Below are positions 1 to 14,049 of a stretch of 64,000 nt of DNA, one piece after another. The stretch is taken from contig OZ296650.1 in NCBI GenBank assembly GCA_965655095.1, positions 14,694,001-14,758,000 on the forward strand, in the 5' to 3' direction. The stretch comes from Haplodiscus bocki (taxonomy: Eukaryota). A program made the position numbers and the translations under genes. The notes beneath the pieces were generated by a model. It saw only the letters and a program-made list of their open reading frames with translations. It was not told the origin of the DNA and did not search any database. Positions within the stretch are counted from its first letter, which is position 1, and every line of letters begins with the position of its first letter.

Positions 1-3000
1 ATTGAAGGTGTTACTCAGTTATTCCTGTAATGCTTTCCTAATCTGCACTATCTGATACTCTTACAAAAACTTGAGAATTATAGATCAGCTGGTTAGTGTC
101 TGATTGAGTGAACTCGTTGCAACGCTTTCGGGTCATTCGAATGTTGAAGTTGATTCTTGAACATCTCTGATTTTGCTTTAGAACCTCATTCTATTTACTT
201 GTGTCGTTTTCAGCAGAAAATGAACTTTATCGGCAATTGTCTGGTTTGTGACTAACTCCAGCAGAAGAAAAAGTGCAATTTTGGCACCCGTTATCTATTC
301 AAAACTTTTTCGATAACTTTTGAGCGGTTTTGAGATTGATAAGCATGAAACTCATAAGGATCAAATGTTTGTGTTCTGTTCCATTCGCCCATTGAAAAAG
401 TGAAAAATGTTCAAAAAACTTCAATGTCCTTAAAACACAATGCCTGTCACGGTGTTAAAAAGTTAAATCCAACTTCAATTTCCAAATGTACAGTCTTCGT
501 TCCTAGCTACTGTTGCTCACGGACCAGATGTAAGGCATCGAGTTAAACGATACGCCAGAGAAAGCCAAAAAAACATTAATTTGCAATAATAAAAGCAACG
601 AGTTTCTAAAATAATAAAATGTCGAAATCAAGGTAAGCCACTGAGACACTTTAATTTCATCACTTTTTAACTTCATGGACCATCACCAAAAAATCGTCTG
701 ACTTTTTTAAAGATTTTGAGGTATTGTATGAGGCAATCAAAGTTTTGTCCGTGGTTTCCTTTTTTTACGAGCCACGTACTTCGTTCTGCTAGTTATGTTG
801 GTCACTCATCAGACCAAAAGCTTTTGCAGTGAATAGGTTTGTTCGCAACAAAACAGCAAGACACCACCTCACTTAACAAAAAAGAGGTCGTCAGTAAAAA
901 TCCGTCTAGCGCAAGCCATCAAACTCACGCTTTCATACTATTCTGGAAATTTCCAGATTTTACGGTCATTATTAAAGCCACCTGACTGCGCTAATTGATG
1001 GTGAAGAACATCATTTTTCCCCGAGTAAACCTTGAAAAATAGATGCACGTATTCCTGTCGGCACTTTAGAAGAATAGACGAACGAGATCGGTAACCATAC
1101 CAAGAAAAGCAAATAGTTTGCATAATGCATGTGGGTTGAAATAGCAATAACGAACAAAAAGACAGTAGCCTCGGGAGACAATTTCTAGGGTGCATTGGAA
1201 AAATTTTCCAGATTGCCTATTCCTATTCTAGCATCTATGAACAATTGGAAAGCATTAGAAGCCTATGATTTTCCTTAGGTACAATGAAAAGGTCTTTCCA
1301 ACACGTTTCATTTGAGAAAACTTATGAACGTCGTAAAGTAGCGAAAACTCGCTGCCATAATCATCTTGCGTAAAATGATTGCTTTAAGTTTGAATGAAAG
1401 TCATCGGACGCAAAATTTTCGGCAGGATTTTGCGAAAGAGTGGCGTTCACATCCTGCTTAGTTCAAAAACATCATTTTCTGCAAACCGGTAATTAGTCTT
1501 TGCTGTAAAAACTCCATCTTGTCATCTGTTGTGGCCACAAATGTCCAACAATGGACACATTTGAGCAACAAAAATTGGGTGGTTTCACCCATGCTGCAAA
1601 GTTTTTGGTTTCTGCTTTTGTTAAAAACGCAGCTTTCAGATGTATATAGGCGTCGTACGTAAAAAAAACTCCAAGTCAAGCACAGTGCAAACAAGAAAAA
1701 TCAGAGCAAAAGCTTTTTTTGGGTTTCTTTTCGAAGGCAATAAAATTTCATATGAATCAGTTTCTCAGAATTCTTGAAGCGTTCGGTTTTTGATCGATGC
1801 TTTTCATAGAGGTCGGTTACAACCGGATGGTGTCAAGGTTTTACACAGTTACTCCAAAAATGTATCCTCAATCAGCACTGTGTGAAACTGATTCAATAAA
1901 GTTTGAAAAAAAAAACAGATCATCGACTTAATGTCTGATTGAGTGAAAGCGTTACCACGCCTTCGGGTGATTTCAGTGTTGATGTGGAGCCTTGAAAATC
2001 TCTGTTTTTGCTTCAGATCCTCACCCCACTTAAGTGTCTCGTTTTCAGCAGAAACTGAACAATTTTTTGGCAGTTGTCTGGTTTGTAACTGGCCCAATTA
2101 GAAAATGAAGAGTGCAGTTTTGATATTTGGCCTCTTTCTAGAACTTTTTTCATTTTTTCCAGCGGATTTGAGATTGTAAAGTCTGAAACTCAAAGAGCTC
2201 AAAAGTTTGTGTCATGTTCCCCTCAATCAACGAGAGTGAATAATGTACCAAAAACTTCAATGGGTTAAAAACACAATGCCTGTCACGGTGGTACAAAACT
2301 TAAGAGACGCCCTCAAGTTCCAAATCTACAGTGTTCGTTCTCTGCCAGGGTTTGTCACCAACCAGATGCAAAGCCTCTTGTTAAGCATTAAGCCAGAAAT
2401 TGCCAAACAAACACATTGATTTGCTACAAAGGAAAAAACGAGTTTCGAAAAAAGATTGTATAGGTCAACGTAAGCCAATTAGGCACTTTATTTTATGTTA
2501 TGATTTCCTAGTGGATCCACCACGGAAAGACTTTTGATGTTTTTAGATTTTTGAGTTGTTTTTGTGATGCAACCAAAGCTTCGTCCATGGTTCGCGCTTT
2601 TTAACTGCCAGTTTCTCTGGTCTGTTAGCTATGATGGTTCTCTCAGTAGACCAGAAGCTTCTGCAGTGAATGGGTTTGTTGGCAGAAGACAGCCAGACAC
2701 TACCTCACGTGACAAACAAAATTCGTCAATTACCATCCGTCTGGTGCAAGCCATCAAACCCAAGCTTTGACACTACTTCGGGACTTTCAAGATTTGATTG
2801 TCATTATGAAAGCCACCCTACTCCTAAGCCTAATTGTAAAGTACTTCATCTTTTTTGAGCAACCCATGAAGTGTCCATGTACGTATTCTTGTTGGGGCTT
2901 CATATGAATGAACAATCAAGATCGGCCTTCTTCCTAAGCTAAGCAAATGAAGTGGAAAACGGAAGTGAAGTGAAACCGCAACTGCTAATCAAAAAAAGTA

Positions 3001-6000
3001 GCCTTAGGTGATGAGATCCGAAGCAAAAAAAAACAAAAGTTTTCAGAGAATGTGTAATCATTGGCTTACATCAATAGAAACATGGCAAGCAACAGAAGCC
3101 CATTAATATCCATGGCTTCAAACTAAAAGTTACTCAAACGCAGTTTATGTGTGCAACTTCACGTTTCTCCTTATATAACGAAAAGTCGCTCCCTGTTCTG
3201 TTTCAGGCAAAATGGTTCCGTTAAGTTGGCATAAAGTTCGTTGAACATAAAAATAGCTGCCGCAAATAACGGAATTCCGTTGAATATTTAACGAGTTATT
3301 AAACATGATTAGTAGCGAGCCACTGAGATGTCTCTAGTGGGAAAACTTGTTTCTCTTGCTTTGTTATGTCGCCATGTAAGTTCTCCAGAAATGGACACAT
3401 TTGGTTACAACGGCTTGACTGCTGCTTTCACTCATGCAATGTAGTTGCTTTCTGTTTTTGTTACAAAGGAAGCTTTCGTATGCCTTCAAGCGTGGTACGT
3501 AGAAACGATTCCAACTAAATTCAGTAGAGAAACAAAACGTTAAAGCAGAAAAAAACATCTGGTTTCCAATCAGGTTTGCTAATCCAATTGTCAGTTCAGT
3601 CAGTTTTGTTGTAAACATCCTAAAGCGTTTACGTTTCTATGGTTACCTTTCATGGAGACGGGTTCCAGATAAATAGTTTCAGAGCGTCCCTAGAGTACAC
3701 CAGAAATGTAACTTTTGTCGAACTTTTAAGGTTTTGATTCAAAAATCAGGAAAAATTAGATGGTTTGTTCAATTGATGAAAAATATTGCTATTTGTTGAG
3801 GTGATTTCAACCATGAATTTGGTTTTTCAGAACTCCCTGATTTATCTTTAGCATATCACTCTACCTAGTCACGTTGTTTTTAGCTGGAAAAGTTAATTGT
3901 TGTCACATGTTTTGTCCTTGACAAGCTCTAGCAGAAACAGGAGTCAATTTTTGACATTTGCTTTGTTTCCAGAGTGTTTGTCATATTTTGAAAGGAACAT
4001 CAGGTTGTCAAGATTGACACTCAAAACGCTCGAACAATTGTGTTCTTTTCAATTTTTTGAAAGAAGTTAGTGAACAAAATTCTTAGGATTTCAAGGCCTT
4101 GAAAAAAACCATTCGCGTCAGGCTCTGATTTAGCAAAAAAGAACGGACTTCAGATTCCAAACCAACAGTTTTTGCTCATTGTAACTATTGGTCACGAACC
4201 AGATAAAGGTCATCCAGTTTAGCATTCTGCCAGAAATGGCCAATAAACTCTATGGATTTGCGACACAGAAAACAGTTCTTGTAAAAACATAAAACTTATA
4301 TTGCAATCAGCTGCAGGTTATGCCACTGAGTAAATTTAGGTTTTGTCATGCTTCTGCATTGATCATCAGGAGAAAACATTTGTATGAGTGTATCAGGTAA
4401 TCAAAACTTTTTTCATGCAGTGCATTTTTCTACAACTTTTATTCTAATGTCTGCCGGAGGCTTTGGCGTGATCATTTGACAGATTGCTGTTGTAGTCAAA
4501 ACATCTTTGGCAGCAAACAACTGTACGTTAAATTAAGCAAAAATAATTTAGAGCTTTCCATTCAACTTAACAAACCCAATCAAGTCATGCGTCAACTAGA
4601 TTTTGGTCTTCCAGAAAAATTCGTCAATATGAAAACAATCTTTTTTTCTACATTCGAAAAGAAATTACATCATCCACTCACTGGTTAAACCGCTGACGTG
4701 TACAAATTTGGGTTCTTGTTGAAATTTCAAGTGAAAAAAGAACAAAAAATATAAAAATTTGCCTAACCTAAGCAAACAAACTAATCAACAGAAGAGACTT
4801 GAAACTGCTGAAACAGCACAAAAAAAAAAGAAAGTGTTTTTGGGAGATGAATTTTAGGGCTGGATAGAAATGTTATTCAAAGAACTTGTATTCATCGGCT
4901 CACACAAAAAAAAACAACTGAAAAGCTACAAAAAACATCAATTTCCAGAGTTACAATGTGCTGGTTACTCAAACACAATTAAAATGAGTATTTTTGCGTT
5001 TTTGTAATCTCGGGAAAAATCAATGAATTGTTTAGTTTTTGCAGACCGATTGCATTAGTTTTGCGTAAAGTTCATCGGAAAAGAAACTCCCAACCAGATA
5101 TGGCGAGATTTGCGTTCATAATTTGACGAGTTAAATTGCAAAGATTAGCGAACCGGTAGGAATTTTCCGGTGGTAAGAACTACATCTCCCTCTCCATGTG
5201 TTTTGTGACCACAAAAGTTTTCCGATAGTGGACATTAGTGAACACAATCAGTTGAGTAGTTTCACTCTTTTCGCAATGTACATGTCTTGTGCGCTTGGTA
5301 CAAACGCAGCTGCGGGGTCGCTGTCGGCGTGGTACATTGTGTTGAATCCATCTAACTTCAGTGCAAACAGAGGTGATTAAGGTAAAAAGTGCTTAGTTTC
5401 CAATTCTAACTTCCAAAAAATTTCAGTCCAATCAATGTTGTTTTGAAAAACCATCAAGCGTTTGCGTCCTATTTGACACTTCAAGGACGCTATCTTCAGT
5501 TAGATGTTATCAAATTTTTCTTCAGTTGCCCCAGAAATGTTACTCTTGTTTATAACAACTGGCTCCTATTTGAAAGGCAGAATACAGGTCAATCGTCTAC
5601 TATCTGACGGGAGAAAAGTGTCTCTTTTCTTTAGGGTCATCTCACAAAATAAATTAACTTTTGCATTTCTGAGCTCTGTATTTTGCAAATCATTTCAGCT
5701 AATTAGGTCAATTTTGGCGAAAATTGAATTTTGTTGACATATGTCAAGTTGCTGATTAGTTCCAGCAGAAATTGCAGACTGCATTTTTGGCGTTTAGCTT
5801 TTGTTCTTAGTATATTGTCTTTTTTATTGAACAAAACTGGTGTTTTAGCTCTGATAGTCAAAGTGCTCAAAAGTTTGTGTCAAATTCATTTCACTCAATG
5901 AAAGTAGTGAACAAGCTTATTTGGTTTTCAATCTCTTAAACGCATAATTCTCTTTTTAGCGTTGAAACAAACAAAATGGAGCACACTTAAAGTTCTGGAA

Positions 6001-6920
6001 GTAAAGTCTCCGTTCTCTGTCATGGTTTGTCACCCACTAGATGTAAGTCATCCACTTTACATTAATGCCAGAAACGGCCAAATAATCGTATTGATTGGCT
6101 ACACAGAAAAACAATATGTAAATCAAACATTGTCGAAATCAACCAAAGCGCTCGGGACAATTTTAATTCTGCGATATTTCTTTTGGATCGTCACAAAAAG
6201 TGCGTTTTCAACAACTGTTCTTCTGATGTCTGCCGGTGAAACTGGCTTGATCAGTTGAACGAACGCTTTTGCAGTCGGAATTTTTTTGGCAGGGAACTAC
6301 CAGATACTAACCCCTAAGCTAGAAAATAATTCAATAAGTTCCATGCCACTGGTGGAACCCATTCAATTCGTGCTACAAATAGATTTTGGTCTTTTCCCAG
6401 AAAGTTTGATCTATAAGAAGCCCACCCTCTTTCTAAATCCGAAAAAAATTACATCACTCCTTCACCGAGTAAACCGTGGAAGTGTACACGTTCGTCTTCT
6501 CCCTAGCATTTCACGTGAAAAAACAGAAAGATCAGAATTCACCCAACCTAAGCAGACAGACTAAACAAGAGAAGGGACATCAAAGTGCAACCGAATCAAG
6601 TAAGACAGTGTTCTTGGGAGAAGAATTTTGGAGCTGATTGGAGATGTTAATCAAAGAAGTTGTATTCATCGGATCAAACCTATAAAGAATTGAAAAGCTA
6701 CATAAAACCTAGCAATTTTGTTAGCTACATTGTGAAGGATACTCACACACGATTCAAATGAGCACTTGCACATATTTTGTAGTCTACTGTGAAAAATCAG
6801 TGCCGTATTTAGTTCATGCAGAACGATTGCGCTAGGCTTGCGTAGAGTTTACGGAAAAGAAAACAACCGCCAGATATATCGAGCGATTTGCGTTCTCAAT
6901 GTGACCAGGTAAAGACACGA
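1..6920. repeat. Diverged tandem array of ~1.84-kb units (~3.8 copies in view, may extend left of the window)
   Basis: Anchor motifs recur at constant spacing: ACCAGAT/ACTAGAT at 523, 2361, 4198, 6036; TGGACA at 1552, 3392, 5229; TGTCTGATTGAGTGAA at 97 and 1932; AAAACACAATGCCTGTCACGGTG at ~432 and ~2268. Copies are heavily diverged. Confidence 0.85.
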
Positions 6921-9900
6921 ATACGTCCGATGACCAGAAATGCGTGTTAGCATCAGCCATTTGACCACTTGAGTCTGCCAACAATCGACATCCTTTAACT
7001 ATATCGGTTGATTAGCTGTACTCACTGCATAAAACCTGTTATCTGTTAATTTTACATACGCGCCTGCCAAGTTTCTGTATGCATGGTCGATAATACGGAC
7101 TCCATATAAACAAGTCATCACAAACAGAAAAGACTCGAGTTTTCTTTTACTTTTTGTTAGTTTTCTCCGTAACAAAACTCAGGTGCAAAAGTACACCTGC
7201 TCCATTTACAAGAAAGTGTTGAAGAACGATACTGCTTTAAACTGAAATTAGCAAAACTCTAACGGTTATTATACTGAAGTTGAAGCCAAAGAGAACTTAA
7301 ACTCCGGAACTGGTAGGAAACCAGATCAACAGCACTCATGGCCCAAATAAGGCAACAGCTGTCCGATGCGACAGAAGGAAGTGAAAGTCTCACGCAGATT
7401 TTTCCTATCGAAACAAACTTAGCCACTAGTTCACGCTCTGATTTTTTTCAGCCAGGAAATCGTCCGACTGTCGGTCAATTATAAAAACTTCAGCTGAAAA
7501 CAACCTGTTTTATGCGCTAAGTCTGTTCAAACTAAGAGTTCAGAGCAAGCGAAATTAGTTAAACTTGCGAAACGTGAAGGCTTTTCTGAGGGATTGTACA
7601 TCTGCCCAAACTTTTTTGTTGGAAACTGAAAGTCGTTTAAAAACTAGCTCAGTACTTAAAGAGAATAATACTTCACGAAAAAGTACTATCTTGAATAACG
7701 AAACTAAACTAGCTGTCATCGAAAACGACGACCATAAAAATTGAATTCAGAAAAAATGTTACATGCTACAAGCAGTTTTTGATATTTTCAGAGCTCCAAA
7801 GGATTGATCAATCATAGGATATAAGGAACAAAGATTTTCTTGAAGCAGAACGCTGTCGGTAGATGGAGAAGCAGTTAATTTTGACAAAACTTGAGTAAGA
7901 AAATCTCAAGTGAACCGTGACGGAAGCTTTGGAAAACCCTAACCTAAGCCAGTTCGACTGCAGTTAGAAAATCCGACTGCGGGAATACAATTGAACAAGC
8001 AAACTTTAATCTGGAGATTCAGTTCTTGTTGAAACAAACCAAGTTTTTTGCAGAGAACTGAAATGCAAATTTTACAAAAATCAATACTTCTCGCACTTTT
8101 AGCCTAGCAGTGTACTATGGTGTTTTGTAACAGCTTAGTGTGTCTACGCAAATGTCATCACAGAAACATCTGCTGTTTGATCAAGGTTTGATGGGACGGA
8201 TCGAGCGATTAGTAATCGATAGTTTTTTGTTAACTGGAAAGAAAATCAGATCTTCAAAATAGCACTTTTTGAAAATTTTGCCTTCAAAAATTCAGCTTCA
8301 TAAAAAATTCGTTTCAAAAGTGCAAAACTTTTTCCGCTGTCGAAGCTGCTGATGAAATACCTGATAGAAGATTGCTGCAAAAACAGAACGAGCTCTGAAT
8401 AAAAATCAGAAAAAATTGATATTAGAGCAATTTTTGTGACTTCTTTTGCCTGTCAAAATTTCTACGCAAAGATGAAAAACGAAGAGCTTCGTGGTGTTGA
8501 AGACCTTTCTGCCAGTTTGAAGCTGTGGTTTAAGACATTGGTTATGGTCTAACCAGTAGTTATGGTCTGAAAAGTAGTGAGCTTGAGAAGGGAGAAAAGT
8601 AGTTACTACGGTAATTTTGGAAATTTTCGGTCCGAGAATTCCAATTCGAAGACTAAAATCCTTAAAATTAGGGTTGAGTGTCCTTTTATAAGTTGAGAGC
8701 CAAAATATTAAGCAAGTTTTGGCATCTTCAGAATCCCATAGACCTCGCATAATCTGCAAGTTGACTGCTGAACCTCCTTATAAAATTTCGAAAATAATGA
8801 TCAGATTGATAGAGCAGGCAAAGCCATGTTTTTGGAAAAGCTGATCTTGAAAAACGAAAAGTGAGTTGATTGCAACTTTTAGCTTGTTGGTGAAATCAAG
8901 ACTCCATCCAGGTGATCAAAACTAGACATTGTTTTTGATTGCCCGTTTAAAAGTGGAAAATTTTCAATGCAGCCCGTGAAGAAAGAATATAGCCGGCAGT
9001 TCCGCGGAATGTCAGCCTGAAAGCTCAAAAAAATTAGATACTGACGACAAATTTTGCCGTTGTTTGGCGTACCAAGATTTAGATAAATTGTTCCAAGCCA
9101 GGGACTTTTGTTTACAAAGCTTACCAACAAAATGAACCCTGTCTGTTGAGACTGAAGGAAATCAGTAATTTTGAGAAATGTGTGTCCAAAAATGGAGGAG
9201 AGTCAAAATTGGACAATACTTGGAAATTTCAGCCTATCAGCATTCCGATGTAGTGAACAAAATCCAAGTTCCAACTGTTGATTGCTCTTTTACGAGTTGA
9301 AAACTGTCGGCCATTGATAAAAAATGCCGTTAATGTTTTCGCAGGAAATTTAGTTTGATCAACGAGACAAAAATTAAAGTTTACTCGCTGTTTTGCAATT
9401 TATTCGTATCAGGCAAAAAAATGTTCCGGCCAAAACGTTCATTTTTTAAACCCAGAAAAGACCATATAAGGGTTGAGAAATATAATTGTTTTTTGAACGT
9501 TTGTACCAATAACTTGAACCGCTCAATTATTTCAACCATTTTTATTACTCCAATTATAAAGTTTTAACCATTCGGCTCTTCCTAATGTTTTTGGTATTTT
9601 TTGAAACTCCTATCAGAATATTCCACATTCGGTGAAACTTTCAAGTTTGTAAAGGTTCTGAACAAACAAGCAAATAAACACTCAATAGAAGATTCTAGTC
9701 TTTTCAAACTTACTTTTTTGACAGTAGAATTTGCTGAAAACGCAAAGCACGTGGAAGTCACTTACTAGTGGCGATCGAACTCGGACCGTCGTTTGACGCT
9801 CGTCTATTGTGATTACACTAAAAAAATTCGGTAAGACGTGAGTTGGATTGACGCAGGGAGAGTTGGCAAACGAGCGGAGAAAAAAGTGTACATTTTGAAT

Positions 9901-12897
9901 TGATAATTTTCCTTTCATTAGATATTGCGACAAAAAAAAATAAATAGCTATTTGCGCGCACATAGTCGGTGCATTTAATCTGCTTCCCTGGATGAACTGA
10001 AAAACAGCCAAAAGTTTACCATTGCTGTAACATCAGGTACACATCGGGGTAATGTAATTGATGATTTCGGTTTGTCCATCTTTATTAAAGATGAGATTTT
10101 TTTCAGTTTTTGGGATATGAATTCCAACAAAAAATCAGACTTAATCTTTTACATGGTTGAGTTTACGTTAAAATGAAGATTTCATATCAAGTGTTGTCGA
10201 ACCTAAGGGAGCGGCAGTTTTTTCACTGTTGCTTTAACCACTGGGCCATTGTAACTTTACATGACCATTAAATTGCTAAGTTATGTAGGGAAAGTTATCA
10301 GCAGCGTTGATATTAATATCTCATGCACAGATTGCATTGATGCAAAATGAATCGAAGATCCAGGGCTAATTTAAGTCTGTTCTATCATTGAAAGTTACTT
10401 ACTTTCCCATGAGCTATTAACGTTCATGTAAGCTGCGGAGACAATGCTTCAATTAACTTACATGAAATTTACATGAAACTGAGCAAGAGTCATCATGTAT
10501 TCGATCCAAACTGAGAAATTAACTTCAGATTCCAGAACCCTGTTGATGAAGTAGGCTTCTCAGTAAATTGATGAGGGGTATGAAAGAAAGGCAATTTCCT
10601 ACAAAGTTCAAAAGTTCATTAAAATCGAGTCCATCCTAAACATGTTAAAAGTGAGAAAAAACGGCAGACTGGTGAGATCCCGAGCCAAATCGACCTAATC
10701 CTTCAATTCTGTCCGCTTACAAGCCAATCCAGAAGTTACTTAGTTCCATCATTGAGCTTCAGCAAATACCGGATCACAGGGCGATTACTGAAGTGTTAGT
10801 TAGTGTTTGGCCAAGGAAAAGCTGAAGAAACCCAAAAAAATGTCGCATTAAGGCCTTCGACTGGATCAACGCAATCAGAAACTTTTTTGATCTTATTTTA
10901 TTGGGAATAGACCTACATTGACACCAAATTCCACAATTAAAGTGGTGCAGAGTTCAAAATCAGAAATAACCGTGTCGGAAATGAAAGCCAACCTAGATTT
11001 TTTCACTATGAAAAAATCCCATTGAGTGAATACAGGCCGATAACTGCTCTGCCATGAAAGCTAGTCCTAATGTTCAAAGACCAGACTGATGATATCAAAG
11101 TCATTTTGAAGTGGCGAAAATTGTTTTGTCGAGGGCCAAGATACGGAACAAAGCAACATTTTCATCTTTTGCAGGATGCGGTGCACATAGACTGAACAAC
11201 AGCGTATGCAATGCAGTCAATCGTTTGATTCATTTGCAACAACGGCCCAAAATTCCCTTAAACTGTTTGGTATGGTCATCTGAGGCAATTCGAATTCGCT
11301 CGAAAAAGGTTAAAAACCTCAAGGAAGTCAGATCAACGTCTATAAGAACATTTTCTCTTCTGGATCCCTCATTTATCAATCAAATGAGCTTTCTATTTTA
11401 AAATACGAGCTTTTGAAAGGACTTTAGAATCGGAAGACCCACTGGCTGATATTGAGGTCAGAAAATTGGAATCAGTTCATGCTAAATTTGGCAATTATGA
11501 CAACAGAATCACGCATTGTTGCAGACTTCTCAAAGCAATGAATAAAATTCGAAGATTCGACAAATTCCTTGACAATTGAAACCGCGAAAAGAACAACCGC
11601 ATCTTTTGACAAATGACGAAAACGATCCTGGATTTTTTTCTCTCAGACAATTACAGAATAGAATTGAACATTAGTGTTGTTTCAGTTCCACAGCTCATTC
11701 CAAGTGAAACCGGAAATCGCATCGCTCGATAGTACTTCTCACGAAAATTCGGGATTGACAATGAAAATTTCTGAGGTCCAAACTTGACACTTAATGACCA
11801 AACGTTCAAATTCCAGCTGATTGTGGTTTGACTATTTTCAGTATAGATTTAGTTCAAGAAAATGGAAGCACGAAAGATTTATCCCAAACTTCGTTTAGCA
11901 ACCCGATTAGTATAGTTTGCTGCCATCGGCAACTAATGCAAAAAAAGAGCTTTTTTGCTAGCTCAGTTCCTGACTCAAAAAGGGAAAAATCGATTATCAA
12001 GGAATTCTGTGAAATTTCGCCCGTAATGTGGTTACTGATTCTGTTTGTTCCATTAATATAGTTATTTGACGCCATAAAAATTGAAGGACTTCTTGAAAAA
12101 AATCCTATAAATCGAAAAACGGTTTTCAAATATAAAAATTTAGGGATCTTTGTAATAATTTTCAGTCTGTTATTTGAACCAATCCGTTAAAAACTTGTGT
12201 CAATAAGGGTAGGGATTTTTTCTAGAAGTTATGGTAGAAGCCAACCCAAAGCTATTGAGGAACTTAGTTTAAGTTTAGCTCTAGCTATCGAATCGTGCCG
12301 TTGATACACGACTTTGTTGAGAGTATACACCCATATATGCTGGGTTAATAACTTTTGAGTACACGCAGTAATACCTACGTGATACACGGTTAAATGCGTT
12401 AATTGCTTTTACCATCACTATCGAATGTTCAGTGTTGAAACACGTTGAAAGCGATAGTTCGGAAAAATCGGATTTAAAAAGTCAACAACTCTGCTTCACA
12501 AGACTTCGAACTTGAGGCTGTCCATCCAGGTTTTCTAAGTTTCTAAATGCAAGCTCCAAAACTCCCGTTTCCCAACACAAAACAGTTTTTAAAAATGTTT
12601 TTATTTCACTACAAAAGTCTGATTGTGAAAATAAAAAGAAAATGAGGAGGGCTACTATTGGCAGTAGCCGCTGATTGAAGAAACATAATGCCAACATCCA
12701 ACAAACGAAAAAGTAAATAACAACAAATAGGGATTGGACAGGTCGAAATAAAACACCATAGAGCCGTTGGTGAATAGTTAAGAAGAACAAAAGAAATGAA
12801 TGGTGGCGGGATTGGCGGGTGTTCATGTCAACTAGGATCAGGTCAAATCACACCTGATCAAATGGCTGGCATGTAAATGACGCAACAATTTTGGCAA

Positions 12898-13272
12898 TCA
12901 TAATCGTTTTAACAGCCGCTTTTTATCCTTTTGAGCTTTCAATCGTGCTTTCTCGTTCGGGTTCGTACCATTGCTCAAGGTTGACTTGTGTTGTTTAGCA
13001 GCACTGGGACCTGCGTTTTTGTCAATACAAGACGTAGTTTCTCCCAGTGGGTGATTCTCATTGCTGTGCCGACCCTCGCTGTGGTTTTTGTCAGTGTTTG
13101 CCATTAAATTAGGAAAAAACAATTGCTTCATTTTTGCTTCAGGAAAAGCATGGACCTCTGTCATCATTTTAGCACGGGAAAAGTATTGGTCGTAATTCTC
13201 CAAAAGAAGTTTCCCTGCGTCTGTGTTCAAGGCAGATTCAGGATTGGGGTGTATTAGAAGACATCTTATTGT
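12898..13272 (-). CDS. UBE2S: UBE2S coding exon 3
   Basis: TTAG acceptor; reads [42 protein letters not shown]...[10 protein letters not shown]-stop. The basic C-terminal tail is characteristic of UBE2S (APC/C-binding). Spliced CDS is 151+194+375=720 nt, 239 aa. Confidence 0.95.
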   Translation of the reverse strand, partial: TIRCLLIHPNPESALNTDAGKLLLENYDQYFSRAKMMTEVHAFPEAKMKQLFFPNLMANTDKNHSEGRHSNENHPLGETTSCIDKNAGPSAAKQHKSTLSNGTNPNEKARLKAQKDKKRLLKRL

Positions 13273-13508
13273 CTAAACGATATAACGAAGCTTTGTACAA
13301 ACTTATCACCGTTCAACTGGAAATAATAGCATTCCTCTTTACGTTCGGGAGTGCTTACGGAGCAAGCGTATACGAATGGTATTCAATAGATGTTGCCAAT
13401 TAAGAATTACTATTCTTTGAAATCGAATCAGTGTCGTCCACATAGGTCATAACAATATAGCCTCCACTGCAAAAAATTCAAGAACTAGAAAAACCTGTGA
13501 ATACCAAC

Positions 13509-13702
13509 CAGTAAAATATGTTTGAGGCCAAGGTTTGGAGTCCAGTCTTTCTTCAAGGTGTTGACGCAAATTTCTCCGGAATCTGGATTCACATTCGGGT
13601 GGAACACTTTAGTCATAAAATGTCCTTTAGGGGGAAGAGATGGATACTCTTTAGATATGGAAAGTTTTATTTTGAATATTCCACCTTCAAATGGAGTATC
13701 AT
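13509..13702 (-). CDS. UBE2S: UBE2S coding exon 2 (catalytic core)
   Basis: TTTTTCAG acceptor; reads (D)[64 protein letters not shown] with the HPN motif and catalytic Cys (GEICVN); GT donor at 13508. Confidence 0.95.
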
Positions 13703-13898
13703 CTGAAAAAAAATATCAAGGTTCTCAGAACTGCACCATCAAATCGGTCAGTTCAATGAATAACTGCAAGAACTTACCATGACTAAAAAAACTTCCTCGA
13801 CCAAGCGAAATTGTCCAAATTTTCAATCGATGATGTACTGTACTTTTAGCGGATGGAGGACATCGACAATTAGTGAAAAGAGCAAATTGATTACTTAC

Positions 13899-14049
13899 CG
13901 GGTCCCTCAACAATTGCAGTAATTTCAGTCAAATTTGAATCGTCATATTGAACTCTTATACCATGAATATCCTCTCGAATAAGCGAGTGCAGTTCACGGG
14001 CTACTGCTTTTAAGACATTCGATGGTAGATTTTCTTGTTGATAACTCAT
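13899..14049 (-). CDS. UBE2S: Ubiquitin-conjugating enzyme E2 S, coding exon 1
   Basis: ATG at 14049 reads MSYQQENLPSNVLKAVARELHSLIREDIHGIRVQYDDSNLTEITAIVEGP, resembling the UBE2S N-terminus (ENLP...IEGP). Followed by a GTAAGT donor at 13898 (phase 1). Confidence 0.93.

Noticed and set aside
12836-12859. 8-bp hairpin GATCAGGT...ACCTGATC in the UBE2S 3' UTR
   Set aside because: A stem this short can arise by chance in 64 kb; no conservation evidence.
13518-13782. Plus-strand ORFs 13518-13706 and 13522-13782
   Set aside because: Antisense shadows of UBE2S exon 2.
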